Source of the DNA: a virus
Lineage: Duplodnaviria; Heunggongvirae; Uroviricota; Caudoviricetes
IMG/VR virus record: IMGVR_UViG_3300035208_005701
DNA length: 64,000 nt
Reading direction: 5' to 3' (one strand)
The first letter of the stretch is position 1. The number at the start of each line of letters is the position of its first letter. Under the pieces are notes generated by a model that was given only the letters and a program-made list of their open reading frames with translations, was not told the DNA's origin and searched no databases. Positions 19,226 to 29,141 of the stretch are shown in pieces. A program made the translations under genes and the position numbers.

Positions 19226-19891
19226 ATGCTTAATTTATTTTCTGAATTTAAAAAAACTAATTTTAAAGGGGGATTTTTTAAATTCAATCTTAACTTATTA
19301 TATACAGATCCAAGAGAAGTAGATTTGAAATTTAGAGCTCCGAGAAAAATAGATAATAGAGATATGTGTTTGCTTACTGATAATCAAGGTGATTCACCAT
19401 ATTGTGCTGCATATTCTACTGCTGGTTATATAGAATTTCAAAATTGGAAAACTTTACATTATCCATCTCAAATAGATTCTGTACAAATTTATAAAAAAGC
19501 TAAAGAGTTAGAAAATAATAATGCAGATGGAACTAGTTTCGAATATACTGTAGATGCTGCTAATAAACTTAATTTAATTAAAGGTAAATTTTCTATAGTT
19601 AAAAGTGAAGTATTAAGTATTAAATTTGCAATTCATCAATTTGGAGTTTGTTTAGCTGGATTTTTAATAACTGATGAATGGAATTATGTATCAAAGAAAA
19701 GTGGTATAATATCTAAAAATTCTAAACCGCAAATTCTGGCGGGTCATGCTGTCATATTAACTGGTTATGATGATACTGGAGTATATATTCAAAACAGTTG
19801 GGGTGATTCTTGGGGAGTTCATGGATTTGCTATATTATCTTGGGATCAATGTATTGATCAATTATTGTATGGTGCAGTTATAGAAAATTAA
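19226..19891 (+). CDS. Papain-like (C1 family) cysteine peptidase (alternative start 19208)
   Basis: QGDSPYCAAYS (catalytic Cys region, compare QGxCGSCWAF), GHAVILTGYD (His) and NSWGDSWGVHGF (Asn-Ser-Trp-Gly). Confidence 0.65.
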   Translation: MLNLFSEFKKTNFKGGFFKFNLNLLYTDPREVDLKFRAPRKIDNRDMCLLTDNQGDSPYCAAYSTAGYIEFQNWKTLHYPSQIDSVQIYKKAKELENNNADGTSFEYTVDAANKLNLIKGKFSIVKSEVLSIKFAIHQFGVCLAGFLITDEWNYVSKKSGIISKNSKPQILAGHAVILTGYDDTGVYIQNSWGDSWGVHGFAILSWDQCIDQLLYGAVIEN

Positions 19892-20109
19892 TATAAATTA
19901 TCTAGTAAAAAGTAGAGTGGGGGATTATGAAAATATTTAATTTTTATGCTATTGATTTTTCATGTTATAATAAAACTACTATTAAATCAAATTTAGATCT
20001 TGAGCATTGCAAAGTAACTCCATTAGAATGTAATGATAAAGAAGAAGCTAAAAAATTAATCAAAGATGATCAAGTACTAGTTCAGATTGTTAAAGATTAA
20101 GGAGAACAA

Positions 20110-20299
20110 TATGCACACAAGAAAAGAAATTAGAGATTTGTCAATTGATTTTTTAAAAAGTGATAATGGGATAAATAAAGATACGTGGAAAATGCTAAAA
20201 GAAATTTTGATTGATGTGAAAAGTTGTCATGATATAATTGATAGTGTGAGAATTTTAGATAATAAAGTATATCTACCAGCAGATTTTGGATGTAGATAA
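20110..20299 (+). CDS. Hypothetical small protein (start moved to the ATG after AAGGAG)
   Basis: RBS aaggagaacaat-ATG. Confidence 0.35.
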
Positions 20300-20320
20300 A
20301 TTAAAAAGGAGTTTGAAATT

Positions 20321-20599
20321 ATGGGTAAATACATTAATCCAAGTAATGAATCGAAAGAACAATTTTTAAATAGATTGGGAACTGAAATTCCTGTTTCAAT
20401 TTTAAATCAAAGAGGATTTCAAAATATAATAATTGATGGTAATCTTGCTGTATGTCTAGTAGATAATGGTATGTTTACAGCTGCTGGAATTATGGATTCT
20501 CAAAAAGAAATGGATGACTGGATTGTAAATTTAAAAGATGAACGACCGAAGAAATATTATCTTGTTAATAAAGAACATCTAGTTTCTTTTTTAAAGTAA
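20321..20599 (+). CDS. Hypothetical protein (92 aa)
   Basis: RBS aaaaaggag. Confidence 0.4.
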   Translation: MGKYINPSNESKEQFLNRLGTEIPVSILNQRGFQNIIIDGNLAVCLVDNGMFTAAGIMDSQKEMDDWIVNLKDERPKKYYLVNKEHLVSFLK

Positions 20600-20635
20600 A
20601 AGAGAACAAAATAATTATAAGAAAGGAATCAGTAT

Positions 20636-20899
20636 ATGAGTGAAAATGAATTAGAAGCTACATTAATAGATAAAGTGAAAGTTAAAGCTGGACGATTGAT
20701 CAAAGTAGTAAATACAAATATTCCGAAATTTTCAAATGCAAAAAGACATTATTTTGCTGTTTGGGTAGAAGATGCAAATGGATCAAATGAAAGATGTCTT
20801 TTATTTTCTGAAGCAGAATTGAAGAGTGCTGAACATAGATCAGAAAAAAATAAAGAAGATTTAACTACAAAAGGTTTTGTTTTTGATTTGTTAGATTAA
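20636..20899 (+). CDS. Hypothetical protein (87 aa)
   Basis: ORF with RBS. Confidence 0.4.
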   Translation: MSENELEATLIDKVKVKAGRLIKVVNTNIPKFSNAKRHYFAVWVEDANGSNERCLLFSEAELKSAEHRSEKNKEDLTTKGFVFDLLD

Positions 20900-20911
20900 T
20901 TAAAAATTTAT

Positions 20912-21273
20912 GGGGGAGTAAAGGTTTCGACGTGGTAAATTAAGTATGAATTGCATGTAGAGGATGATCGTTGGCCTCTTAAATAATCGATTAAAAAATA
21001 GACGAAAATTCTATTGATTTTTCTCCATTATCTCTTGCTGCATAAGTGAGACCAATTCTTAGGGATATTTCGACTTGAGAATTGACATAATTGAAATTGC
21101 AGGTTGAATAATTCGTTAAATTGTATTCAAATAAGAATCTTTAAATTAACTAGAATCAATATATAATAGTTTGTTGAATATATAGATTTTAAATTATTAA
21201 TACGAACTAAACATGTGAATGAAGTTTATATAGTATTTATTACGGATCTGGGTTCGACTCCCAGCTCTTCCAT
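20912..21273 (+). ncRNA. ssrA: tmRNA (SsrA-like), one-piece, about 362 nt
   Basis: 5' GGGGGAG-taaaGGTTTCGACG (compare GGGGCUGAUUCUGGAUUCGACG). 3' T-arm ctggg-TTCGACT-cccag, then ctcttcc pairing with the 5' gggggag, and discriminator A. Internal tag frame 21001..21045 is gac gaa aat tct att gat ttt tct cca tta tct ctt gct gca TAA (..DENSIDFSPLSLAA*), preceded by aaaaaaTAGac as in the E. coli resume context. Confidence 0.8.
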
Positions 21274-21280
21274 TTATAAT

Positions 21281-21344
21281 GTATAGGGGCGGAGTACATT
21301 TGTCGCTTAAATCGCCTGCACTGTGAAAGGAATAGAACCTATAC
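21281..21344 (+). terminator. Long hairpin (gtatagg ... cctatac, with an inner ggcg ... cgcc stem) followed by ttatttta. A likely terminator or processing structure after the tmRNA
   Basis: Read directly. It is too short and lacks a T-loop, so it is not a tRNA. Confidence 0.45.
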
Positions 21345-21404
21345 AATTATTTTATTAAGGAGGAAGTTTGTAATTTATTTCAATTTATATACTAAGGAGA
21401 TATA

Positions 21405-21626
21405 ATGGCATTATTATGTAAGTCAATAAAGTTAACTAATAAATTTTCATTGGATTTGGTTATATTAGATAAGTTAAGAGATTGGAATGATGGTTTTGCT
21501 AAATATAAAGCCGAATACAGACCTTCTTTTCAATTTATGATTGTACTATTGAATTATACATTGATTGAGTTAGATATTTATAATGTGAATCATTTAGTCG
21601 ATACTGATGATATGGAAGATGCATAA
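21405..21626 (+). CDS. Hypothetical protein (73 aa)
   Basis: RBS aaggagatataATG. Confidence 0.35.
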   Translation: MALLCKSIKLTNKFSLDLVILDKLRDWNDGFAKYKAEYRPSFQFMIVLLNYTLIELDIYNVNHLVDTDDMEDA

Positions 21627-21658
21627 TTTTTAAGAATTAATACAAAAGGAAATAATAA

Positions 21659-22060
21659 ATGAAAAATATGTCAAATTATAAAATATTAGTTCAAGATTTA
21701 TTAAAAGATGAAAATAATATCAAGGTTAGAACTTTTAAGATAGTAGATAATGATCCATATTTTGGAGAACCATCAATAGTTGCTAGAGTAACTTGTGCAT
21801 CAGAAAAAATTTCAGATGATGAATTTTTATTAGAATTTTCATTTTGTAGTCCAAAAGATCATTATTGTAAAAGTTATGGTCAATTTGTTGCTCTTAGTAG
21901 ATTGATAAATGGTAATAAACAAATAAGAGTTTGCAAGGGCGACCAGAAATTTTTAGAACCAATTATCAAAGAAAAATTACAAAAATATACTGCTAGAAAT
22001 GTTCCTTGGTTAAATAAAATGTTTACTCAATCAATGATGACAAGATATACTATTCATTAA
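21659..22060 (+). CDS. Hypothetical protein (133 aa)
   Basis: RBS aaaggaaataataaATG. Confidence 0.4.
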   Translation: MKNMSNYKILVQDLLKDENNIKVRTFKIVDNDPYFGEPSIVARVTCASEKISDDEFLLEFSFCSPKDHYCKSYGQFVALSRLINGNKQIRVCKGDQKFLEPIIKEKLQKYTARNVPWLNKMFTQSMMTRYTIH

Positions 22061-22285
22061 TAAAATTATAGGGATTAATTGAACAAATAATAAAATTTAC
22101 AAATCATGCATGTATAATTATGTATCCATGCTTATAGTTTAGAAGGGAGTTCGATACTAAGAAACTTAAGTTTTCAAAGATATTTCAATAAACAGTTGAT
22201 ATTAAGCCATTTATAATTTATTAGTAGAACAAATAAAAAAGTAATATTTTAATGTTTTTATTTAATAAATTATCAAAGGATTTAT

Positions 22286-23170
22286 ATGAATCCAGTAAAA
22301 AACAAGTTTTATGTTGATAAAAAAATAAGTTCTACTAATGGCTTAGATTTATGGATGAAGATGGAAGAAAAATCAAAGGAATATATTTCTGATTACAAAA
22401 GTAAATTTGAATCAAAAATAGTTTTTGAAAAATCAAAATGGTATTGTTTATGTTTTTTAAGTGATTTACATTTTGGATCGGATGGAGTTAATTATAAAAA
22501 GGCTAGAGAGGATGCAGAATTAATAGGGAGTAATCCTTATACATTTTCTGTATTAGGAGGTGATTATATTGATAATTTTATTAGTGCTAAAATAATAGAA
22601 CCATTAATACAAGCAACTACTACTCCATCTCAACAAATAACTTTATTTGAAGAATATTTAAAATTTTTTAATAAAAATATAATGTTAATGATAAGTGGAA
22701 ATCATGATGACAGAACAAAGAAAATAACAGGTTTGGATTTTTTAAAGGTGATAGCTGATAAAGAAAAAATTTTATATTCACCTGATGTTCATATATTTTC
22801 TGTGAAAAATGGAAATGCTAATTATACTCTTTCAATAAGACATTCTACTAGATTTTCATCTATGTATAATTATACACATTCTGTTAAACAATCTAGAAGA
22901 TTCGGAGAACATGAATATGATATAGGAGTAATATGTCATCAGCATACTCCAGCAGTTGAAGATTGTTATATACAAGGTAATCATTTTATAGCTATTAGAA
23001 CTGGAAGTTATAAAGTTGCAGATTCTTATTGTAAAAAGACAGATTTTCCAGAATCTAAACCAATATCTCCTTGTGTAATTTTAGCACCAAATGAAAAGAA
23101 AATGATTTCAATGAAATATTTAGATGAAGCTATTGATTTTGTAACTTATAAAAATAAAAAAGGAAAATGA
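22286..23170 (+). CDS. Calcineurin-like metallophosphoesterase
   Basis: Motifs DLHFG, GGDYID, GNHDD, and H.H later (HQHTP). Confidence 0.6.
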   Translation: MNPVKNKFYVDKKISSTNGLDLWMKMEEKSKEYISDYKSKFESKIVFEKSKWYCLCFLSDLHFGSDGVNYKKAREDAELIGSNPYTFSVLGGDYIDNFISAKIIEPLIQATTTPSQQITLFEEYLKFFNKNIMLMISGNHDDRTKKITGLDFLKVIADKEKILYSPDVHIFSVKNGNANYTLSIRHSTRFSSMYNYTHSVKQSRRFGEHEYDIGVICHQHTPAVEDCYIQGNHFIAIRTGSYKVADSYCKKTDFPESKPISPCVILAPNEKKMISMKYLDEAIDFVTYKNKKGK

Positions 23171-23173
23171 AAT

Positions 23174-23470
23174 ATGGCAAAAATTACACCTAAAAAAGAA
23201 ATTTTGGAAACCGCAAAGAATTGCAAGAAACAAAACAAAAAAAGAATTATTACTCTAGAAGAGGCTAAAGCTATATGGTTAGTATGGGATAGAGTGAATA
23301 AAAAAAAATTTTCAAAACAAATAGGTATTAATTCAAATAAACTTAGATCTTTATATCAATTTTTACAAGATAATATGGATGCAAATTCTCAGGATGATTT
23401 GTCTGATTCAGATTTTGAAAAATATGTAAAGGAGTTTAATGAGTGCCCAATGTTACAACGTGGTAAGTAA
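23174..23470 (+). CDS. Hypothetical protein (98 aa)
   Basis: ORF only. Confidence 0.35.
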   Translation: MAKITPKKEILETAKNCKKQNKKRIITLEEAKAIWLVWDRVNKKKFSKQIGINSNKLRSLYQFLQDNMDANSQDDLSDSDFEKYVKEFNECPMLQRGK

Positions 23471-23663
23471 TAAAACTGAAGATGAATTATTTAAATTAAA
23501 AGATGATGTTAATTGTTGGTTACGATTAGAAATAGCTTCTAAGCTCACAAGTCAAGATAAATTATGGCTGATGAAAGATGATAAAAATTTTAGAGTTCGA
23601 GAATTGGTTAGAAAGAGACTTGTGGGCGATTATAGAATAGCACTTGAATTGTTGAATATGTAA
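23439..23663 (+). CDS. Short HEAT-like (PBS-lyase-type) repeat protein, paralogous to 32930..33442
   Basis: ...WLRLEIASKL.SQDKLWLMKDDKNFRVRELVRKRL, the same D.N..VR.EV..KL repeat. Confidence 0.4.
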   Translation: MSAQCYNVVSNKTEDELFKLKDDVNCWLRLEIASKLTSQDKLWLMKDDKNFRVRELVRKRLVGDYRIALELLNM

Positions 23664-23678
23664 AGGAAATTAAATTTA

Positions 23679-24482
23679 ATGAAATTTATTTATGCTACTG
23701 ATTTACATGGAAATCATGAAAAATTTAGAACAATTTTAAATTTTGCTAAAGAATATGATTATAAAATAATTCATTTAGGTTCAGATTTTTTACCAAAGAA
23801 TCATAATATTTTACAAACTCAATTAAATTTTATAGAAAACTTTTTTTGTAAGTTTGTTAAAACATGTGGAGATTTTGGAATAGAACTTTTTTATCATTGG
23901 GGAAATGATGATACATTATATTCATTATATAATGCCCCATTAATGATTAGTAATAAAAATAAAGCTATTTCATTTATTAAAAATTATAAACTTATATCTT
24001 ATAGTTATGTTCCAGATTATCCATTTTTACTTAAAGATTTTTGCAAATCAGATTTTGATAATTGGACTCATCCAAAATATTTTTTTGGTACTCCGGAATA
24101 TTCTGATGAAAATGGATTTCATTTAATAGATGATATTAGTAAATTTTTTAAAGATCGAGGAACAATAGAGGAAGATCTAAAAAATTTAAAAGTAGATAGG
24201 AATACTATATGTTCATTTCATTGTCCTCCTTATGGATTAGATTTGGATGTATGTAATGATGGAAGACGAGTTGGATCTAAATCTATATATGATTGGATTG
24301 AAAAAGAACAACCTTTATTAGTTTTAAGTGGTCATATTCATGAAAATTATGAAATGACTAAGACATGGAAAAACTACATTAAAAATACTTTAGTAATCCA
24401 ACCAGGTCAAAGAGGAGCTTGTAGATTTGTAATTATAGAAATTAAAGGAGATGAAATAGAATCTAGTTTAGTTGAAATTTGA
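23679..24482 (+). CDS. Calcineurin-like metallophosphoesterase
   Basis: DLHGNHEK, GSDFL, GNDDT, GHIHEN. Confidence 0.6.
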   Translation: MKFIYATDLHGNHEKFRTILNFAKEYDYKIIHLGSDFLPKNHNILQTQLNFIENFFCKFVKTCGDFGIELFYHWGNDDTLYSLYNAPLMISNKNKAISFIKNYKLISYSYVPDYPFLLKDFCKSDFDNWTHPKYFFGTPEYSDENGFHLIDDISKFFKDRGTIEEDLKNLKVDRNTICSFHCPPYGLDLDVCNDGRRVGSKSIYDWIEKEQPLLVLSGHIHENYEMTKTWKNYIKNTLVIQPGQRGACRFVIIEIKGDEIESSLVEI

Positions 24483-24682
24483 GGAGATTTGTATTTATGA
24501 TATTAGAAAATTGTCTAGATTCTGGAGTTAAACCAGGAGAGATTCATCACCTTAATTGTGATGTTGAAAGATGCTCGGAATGTGGTCAAAAGGATGTTAT
24601 TATTCAACAGTGGGACATGTATCAGAAGATATTATAATTAAATATATAGAAGCACAAAAAGAACAAAATTGAACGAATTCAT

Positions 24683-24710
24683 CTATAGAGACAAGCTCTA
24701 TAGTTTTCTT
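24683..24710 (+). terminator. Hairpin ctatagag-acaa-gctctatag followed by ttttctt
   Basis: Perfect 8-bp stem read directly. Lies after a 46-codon Cys-containing small ORF (24497..24637). Confidence 0.45.
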
Positions 24711-24741
24711 CGTGATTAACTTATAAAGGAGAGAAAAAAGT

Positions 24742-24945
24742 ATGAATCCTGTATTTATGTTAATAGTATTATATTCACTAGCTGGAGTTTCTGGCGTCAA
24801 AGTGAATAATCAATTAAGACAAAGAGAATCTGTTTGTGAAATTTATGCAGATGGTTGTATAGTTGAGCAATTTCGTAAATGTCGTTTCAATAATAAATTA
24901 ACTAAAGAAAAAATAATAAAGGAGAAGAAAGAATTAATTTTATGA
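24742..24945 (+). CDS. Small secreted or membrane peptide
   Basis: N-terminal signal-like MNPVFMLIVLYSLAGVSG; RBS aaaggagag. Confidence 0.35.
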   Translation: MNPVFMLIVLYSLAGVSGVKVNNQLRQRESVCEIYADGCIVEQFRKCRFNNKLTKEKIIKEKKELIL

Positions 24946-25003
24946 AAAAAGATATGATAAAATATTTTTCATGAAACCAAAAAATTAGAAGGAAATTAAT
25001 AAG

Positions 25004-25846
25004 ATGTACCAAATAAATAGTGATTACTTATATAGAATAGGTTCTTCTCATTCTGTATGTCAAGATTATTGCATATCTGGTAATTTAAGACAAATGATGC
25101 CTTATATTATTATTGCAGATGGATGTTCAAGTTCTCCTCAAGTAGATGTTGGATGTAGAATTTTAGTTCATTGTGCTAAATGGCAATTGGATGTATCTTT
25201 AATATATAATCAACATACAGAACATCTTGATTCATTTGCTGATATAATGGGGGATAGAATAATTAAAGATGCTGATATTATAAAGAGAAATCTAAATTTA
25301 CATGATCAAAGTTTAGATTCTACTTTATTAATTGCATTTATATATCATGGAAATATTAATATTATAACTTACGGAGATGGTAATTTTCTAATAAAGAGAC
25401 GAGATGATATCATAACCAATACTAGATTATCATACTCTAGTGGTGCCCCATATTATTTAAATTATCTTACAAATAAAGAAAGAAATGAAAGATATAAAAA
25501 GGAATTTAAAGATTCGGTATTTGAATCTGAAGTGATAATTAATAAATCTTCTACTAAAATTGAATACCCTTTTAGTCACCATTTAACATATCAATGTCCA
25601 ATTCAAGATGTTGAATTTCTTTTATTAGCTAGTGATGGATTGACTACTTGGGAAGATAAATTTCATAATTTTATTTATATTCCACCTCAAGAATTCTTGA
25701 ATTTTAAAAATACTACAGGGGAATTTGTAACAAGAAGAATAAACAGAATAACAAAAGATATGAAAGAAAGAAATATTAGTCATTACGATGATTTAAGCAT
25801 AGCTGGATTTCATATTCAGGAGGTTGATAATGGAATATCAGATTAA
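25004..25846 (+). CDS. PP2C-like Ser/Thr phosphatase (tentative)
   Basis: IIADGCSSS...VG and LLASDGLTTWED resemble the PP2C Asp/Gly-rich metal-binding motifs. Confidence 0.5.
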   Translation: MYQINSDYLYRIGSSHSVCQDYCISGNLRQMMPYIIIADGCSSSPQVDVGCRILVHCAKWQLDVSLIYNQHTEHLDSFADIMGDRIIKDADIIKRNLNLHDQSLDSTLLIAFIYHGNINIITYGDGNFLIKRRDDIITNTRLSYSSGAPYYLNYLTNKERNERYKKEFKDSVFESEVIINKSSTKIEYPFSHHLTYQCPIQDVEFLLLASDGLTTWEDKFHNFIYIPPQEFLNFKNTTGEFVTRRINRITKDMKERNISHYDDLSIAGFHIQEVDNGISD

Positions 25847-27545
25847 AGATATTCAAACAAAATCAATTAATTCAGTATCATTGACAAATGCTCATTTTAT
25901 AACTGAAGGTGGAGAAGGAAAAGTATTTGGAAAAAATGATACAATATATAAAATTTATATAGAACCTAAAAAAATGATTTCTCTATCTAAAATACATGAA
26001 CTTTCTTATTTAGATAAAGATAATATATTAAAACCATTAAATATTATACTTGATAAAAAAGGTATACAAATCGGATTTACTATGAAATGGTTAAAAAATT
26101 CTACTCCGATATGTAAATTATTTACAAGTGATTTTTGGACTAGATTTAATATCAATAATAAGATTATTTCAGAGCTAGTTAAAAATATGATTAATGATAT
26201 TAAATACATTCACAGTAAAAATTGTTTAATAGTAGATGGAAATGAAATGAATTATCTTATAGATTCTAAGAATTTTATTTTTCCATATTTTATTGATGTA
26301 GATAGTTATCAAACTTCTAGTTTTCCAGCAACAGCTATAATGACATCTATTAGAGATTTACATTCAAATACTTTTTCTGAATTAACTGATTGGTTTTCTT
26401 TTGGTATTATTTCTATTCAATTATTTATAGGAATACATCCATTTAAAGGGACTCATCCAGATTATTCTAAAAAAGATTTAGAGAAAAGAATGAAAGATAA
26501 CATTTCTATATTTAATAAAGATGTAAGACTTCCAGCTACTGTTAGAGATTTAAATTGTATTCCAAAAGAATATAAAGATTGGTATATTAAATTATTTGAA
26601 AAGGGAGAAAGATTGCCTCCACCTCAAATAGGAATTGTTACTGTTTCAATAATTAATAAAAAGATTATAAATAATTCAGATTCTTTTAAGATATCATTAT
26701 TTAAAGAAATAGAAAATGATATAGTAAAAATTGATGATGAAGGAAATATTTATTCAAAAATAAAAATTTATATTGATAAAGGAGAATATGATAGTAATGT
26801 AGATTCAGATTTAATTTATTCTATTAAATCTTTTACTCCGATCAAAGTTCATATAAATGAAAAAAAAATGATCTTAGAAAAATTAAATGGTGAAAAAATT
26901 AATTGTATATATGAATGTAATAGTAAAACATTAATAGATAACCATCTTTATATTTTAAATGATGATAAATTATTGGCTATAGAGATAGATGAAATTGGTA
27001 AAACTTTTATTCCAGTAGTTAAAACCTTTTGGAATGTTTTGCCTAATTCTACTAAATTGTATTCTGGAATTATTTATCAAGATATTTTAGGACTTCCATA
27101 TTTCAACTTGCCATATATCTCTAAAAATGGAAATCGAGCATGTATGACTAAGTTAATTAGTGAATTAAAGAAATATAAAATAGTTGAAATGAAGAATGAT
27201 AAAAATGTGATTTTTGTCATTGCTTTTAAAAATGGTAAATATGACAGATTTATTTTTAAAGTCAATGATGATTATTCTGAATATAATTGTCAGAAATTTG
27301 AAGATGTGACATATCATGTTCCGAATTTTGTCACTCTTGATAATGGGGTGGTTGTATCTATTAATGATGATGATCAAGTAGAAATTTTTAGTAGAAGTTT
27401 GTTAAAATCAGATATCAATATAATAGAAGATAAACATATAAATTATAATATGAAATTGTGGAAAAAGGGAGTGAATGTTTTTATAACAGAAGAAAATAGA
27501 ATGTATAATTTTTCAATGAAAAAAAATGAAAGGGAAATAGTATGA
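25830..27545 (+). CDS. Eukaryote-like Ser/Thr protein kinase-like protein
   Basis: IHSKNCLIVDGNEMNYLID (catalytic-loop-like), FIDVDS (DFG-like) and DWFSFGIISIQLFIGIHPF (the APE / D.WS.G region). Confidence 0.55.
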   Translation: MEYQIKDIQTKSINSVSLTNAHFITEGGEGKVFGKNDTIYKIYIEPKKMISLSKIHELSYLDKDNILKPLNIILDKKGIQIGFTMKWLKNSTPICKLFTSDFWTRFNINNKIISELVKNMINDIKYIHSKNCLIVDGNEMNYLIDSKNFIFPYFIDVDSYQTSSFPATAIMTSIRDLHSNTFSELTDWFSFGIISIQLFIGIHPFKGTHPDYSKKDLEKRMKDNISIFNKDVRLPATVRDLNCIPKEYKDWYIKLFEKGERLPPPQIGIVTVSIINKKIINNSDSFKISLFKEIENDIVKIDDEGNIYSKIKIYIDKGEYDSNVDSDLIYSIKSFTPIKVHINEKKMILEKLNGEKINCIYECNSKTLIDNHLYILNDDKLLAIEIDEIGKTFIPVVKTFWNVLPNSTKLYSGIIYQDILGLPYFNLPYISKNGNRACMTKLISELKKYKIVEMKNDKNVIFVIAFKNGKYDRFIFKVNDDYSEYNCQKFEDVTYHVPNFVTLDNGVVVSINDDDQVEIFSRSLLKSDINIIEDKHINYNMKLWKKGVNVFITEENRMYNFSMKKNEREIV

Positions 27546-28351
27546 CTAAAGATTTATTAAAAACTCATTTAATTATTATTGATCCGCAAAATGATTTTTG
27601 TGATTCAAAAGGTTCATTATTTGTTGGTGGTGCAGATAAAGATATGAATAAACTTTCAAAAATGATAAATAGAATTGGACATAAATTAGATGATATACAT
27701 GTCACTATGGATAGTCATCATTTAATAGATGTTGCTCATCCTATTATGTGGATTGATTCTAAAGGAAATCATCCAACTCCATTCACAATAATTACAGTTA
27801 ATGATCTCAAATCTGGAAAATGGACAACGACTAATCCAATGTTTCAATCAAGAATGATTTCATATTGTGAAACTCTTGAGAAAAATTCTAGATATCCTTT
27901 GTGCATATGGCCTCCACATTGTCTTATTGGAAGTTGGGGTCATAATATATATCCAGAATTATATGAAGCTATAACTAAGTGGGAAGAATCTTGTTTTGCA
28001 ATGGTTGATTATGTTACTAAAGGAAGTAATATTTGGACTGAACATTATAGTGCTGTTCAAGCAGATGTTCCAGATGCAACTGATCCAGGTACTATGTTAA
28101 ATACAAGATTAATTCAAACATTACAAGAAGCTGATATTATACTTATTGCAGGGGAAGCATTATCTCATTGTGTAGCAAATACAATTAGAGATATTGCTAA
28201 TAATTTTGGAGAAGAAAATATCAAGAAATTTTTACTTCTTGAAGATTGTTGTTCTTCAGTTACAGGATTTGATCAATTAGGAATTGATTTTATAAAAGAA
28301 ATGACTAAGAGAGGAATGAAAATATCCAAATCTACAGAATTTATGAAATAA
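27542..28351 (+). CDS. Isochorismatase-family cysteine hydrolase, nicotinamidase (PncA)-like
   Basis: THLIIIDPQNDFCDSKGSLFVGGA matches the PncA hallmark (V)D.QNDFC..GGSL.V.G. Later ALSHCVANT matches the catalytic-Cys region. Confidence 0.65.
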   Translation: MTKDLLKTHLIIIDPQNDFCDSKGSLFVGGADKDMNKLSKMINRIGHKLDDIHVTMDSHHLIDVAHPIMWIDSKGNHPTPFTIITVNDLKSGKWTTTNPMFQSRMISYCETLEKNSRYPLCIWPPHCLIGSWGHNIYPELYEAITKWEESCFAMVDYVTKGSNIWTEHYSAVQADVPDATDPGTMLNTRLIQTLQEADIILIAGEALSHCVANTIRDIANNFGEENIKKFLLLEDCCSSVTGFDQLGIDFIKEMTKRGMKISKSTEFMK

Positions 28352-28386
28352 TTAAAAAATTAAATTAAAAAGAAAGGATTTATTAA

Positions 28387-29133
28387 ATGCCAAAGTTAAT
28401 AGCAGATAAGGGAATGGAACAATTAAAAATAGATGGTGGTGGAAATTTTCAATTTTCAGCTACTCGATTGGATGATCTTGGAGCTACAGAATATACTCTT
28501 GTTACTATAGCTGTAGACAAATCTGGAAGTGTAAATTCATTTGTTAAAGAACTTTTAAAAGCTATCGTAATGATAATAGAAGCATGTAAAAAATCACCGA
28601 GAGCAGAAAATTTAATGATTCGTCTTATAACTTTTAATTATGAATTAGAAGAAATTCATGGTTTTAAATTATTAAGTACTATTGATACAAAGGATTATAT
28701 TGAACCAAATTGTAGTAGTCAAACAGCATTATTTGATGCTACTTATAGTTCAATTGGAGCAACATTAACTTATGCAAAAAATCTTATTGATCAAGATTTT
28801 AATGCAAATGGAATTTGTTTTATTATTACAGATGGATGTGATAATGCTTCAAAGACAACTCCTTCTATGATAGCAGAAATGACCAATGATGCTTTTAAAA
28901 ATGAGGAAATTGAATCATTGATAACTGTACTTGTTGGAATTGGTGCACCTGATAATGCAGTGAAATCTGAATTAGATAAATTTTTTAATGTTGCTAGATT
29001 AACTCAATATGTTGATATTGGTGATGCTACTCCACAAAAGTTAGCTAAACTTGCTGCATTTGTAAGTAAGTCTATTAGTTCTCAAAGTAGTGCTCTTGGT
29101 AGCGGAGCTGCTAGTCAACCACTAAGTTTTTAA
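28387..29133 (+). CDS. von Willebrand factor A (vWA) domain protein
   Basis: MIDAS motif TIAVDKSGSVNSF (DxSGS) and a later Thr/Asp pattern. Confidence 0.6.
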   Translation: MPKLIADKGMEQLKIDGGGNFQFSATRLDDLGATEYTLVTIAVDKSGSVNSFVKELLKAIVMIIEACKKSPRAENLMIRLITFNYELEEIHGFKLLSTIDTKDYIEPNCSSQTALFDATYSSIGATLTYAKNLIDQDFNANGICFIITDGCDNASKTTPSMIAEMTNDAFKNEEIESLITVLVGIGAPDNAVKSELDKFFNVARLTQYVDIGDATPQKLAKLAAFVSKSISSQSSALGSGAASQPLSF

Positions 29134-29141
29134 TTAATTTA

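Noticed and set aside
21281-21344. Possible tRNA directly after the tmRNA
   Set aside because: Perfect 7-bp closing stem, but only 64 nt, with no T-loop or D-arm and an unrelated inner stem. Better explained as a terminator or processing hairpin.
22100-22200. GTTCGAT-containing segment that looked like a T-loop
   Set aside because: No acceptor or T-stem pairing could be built around it.
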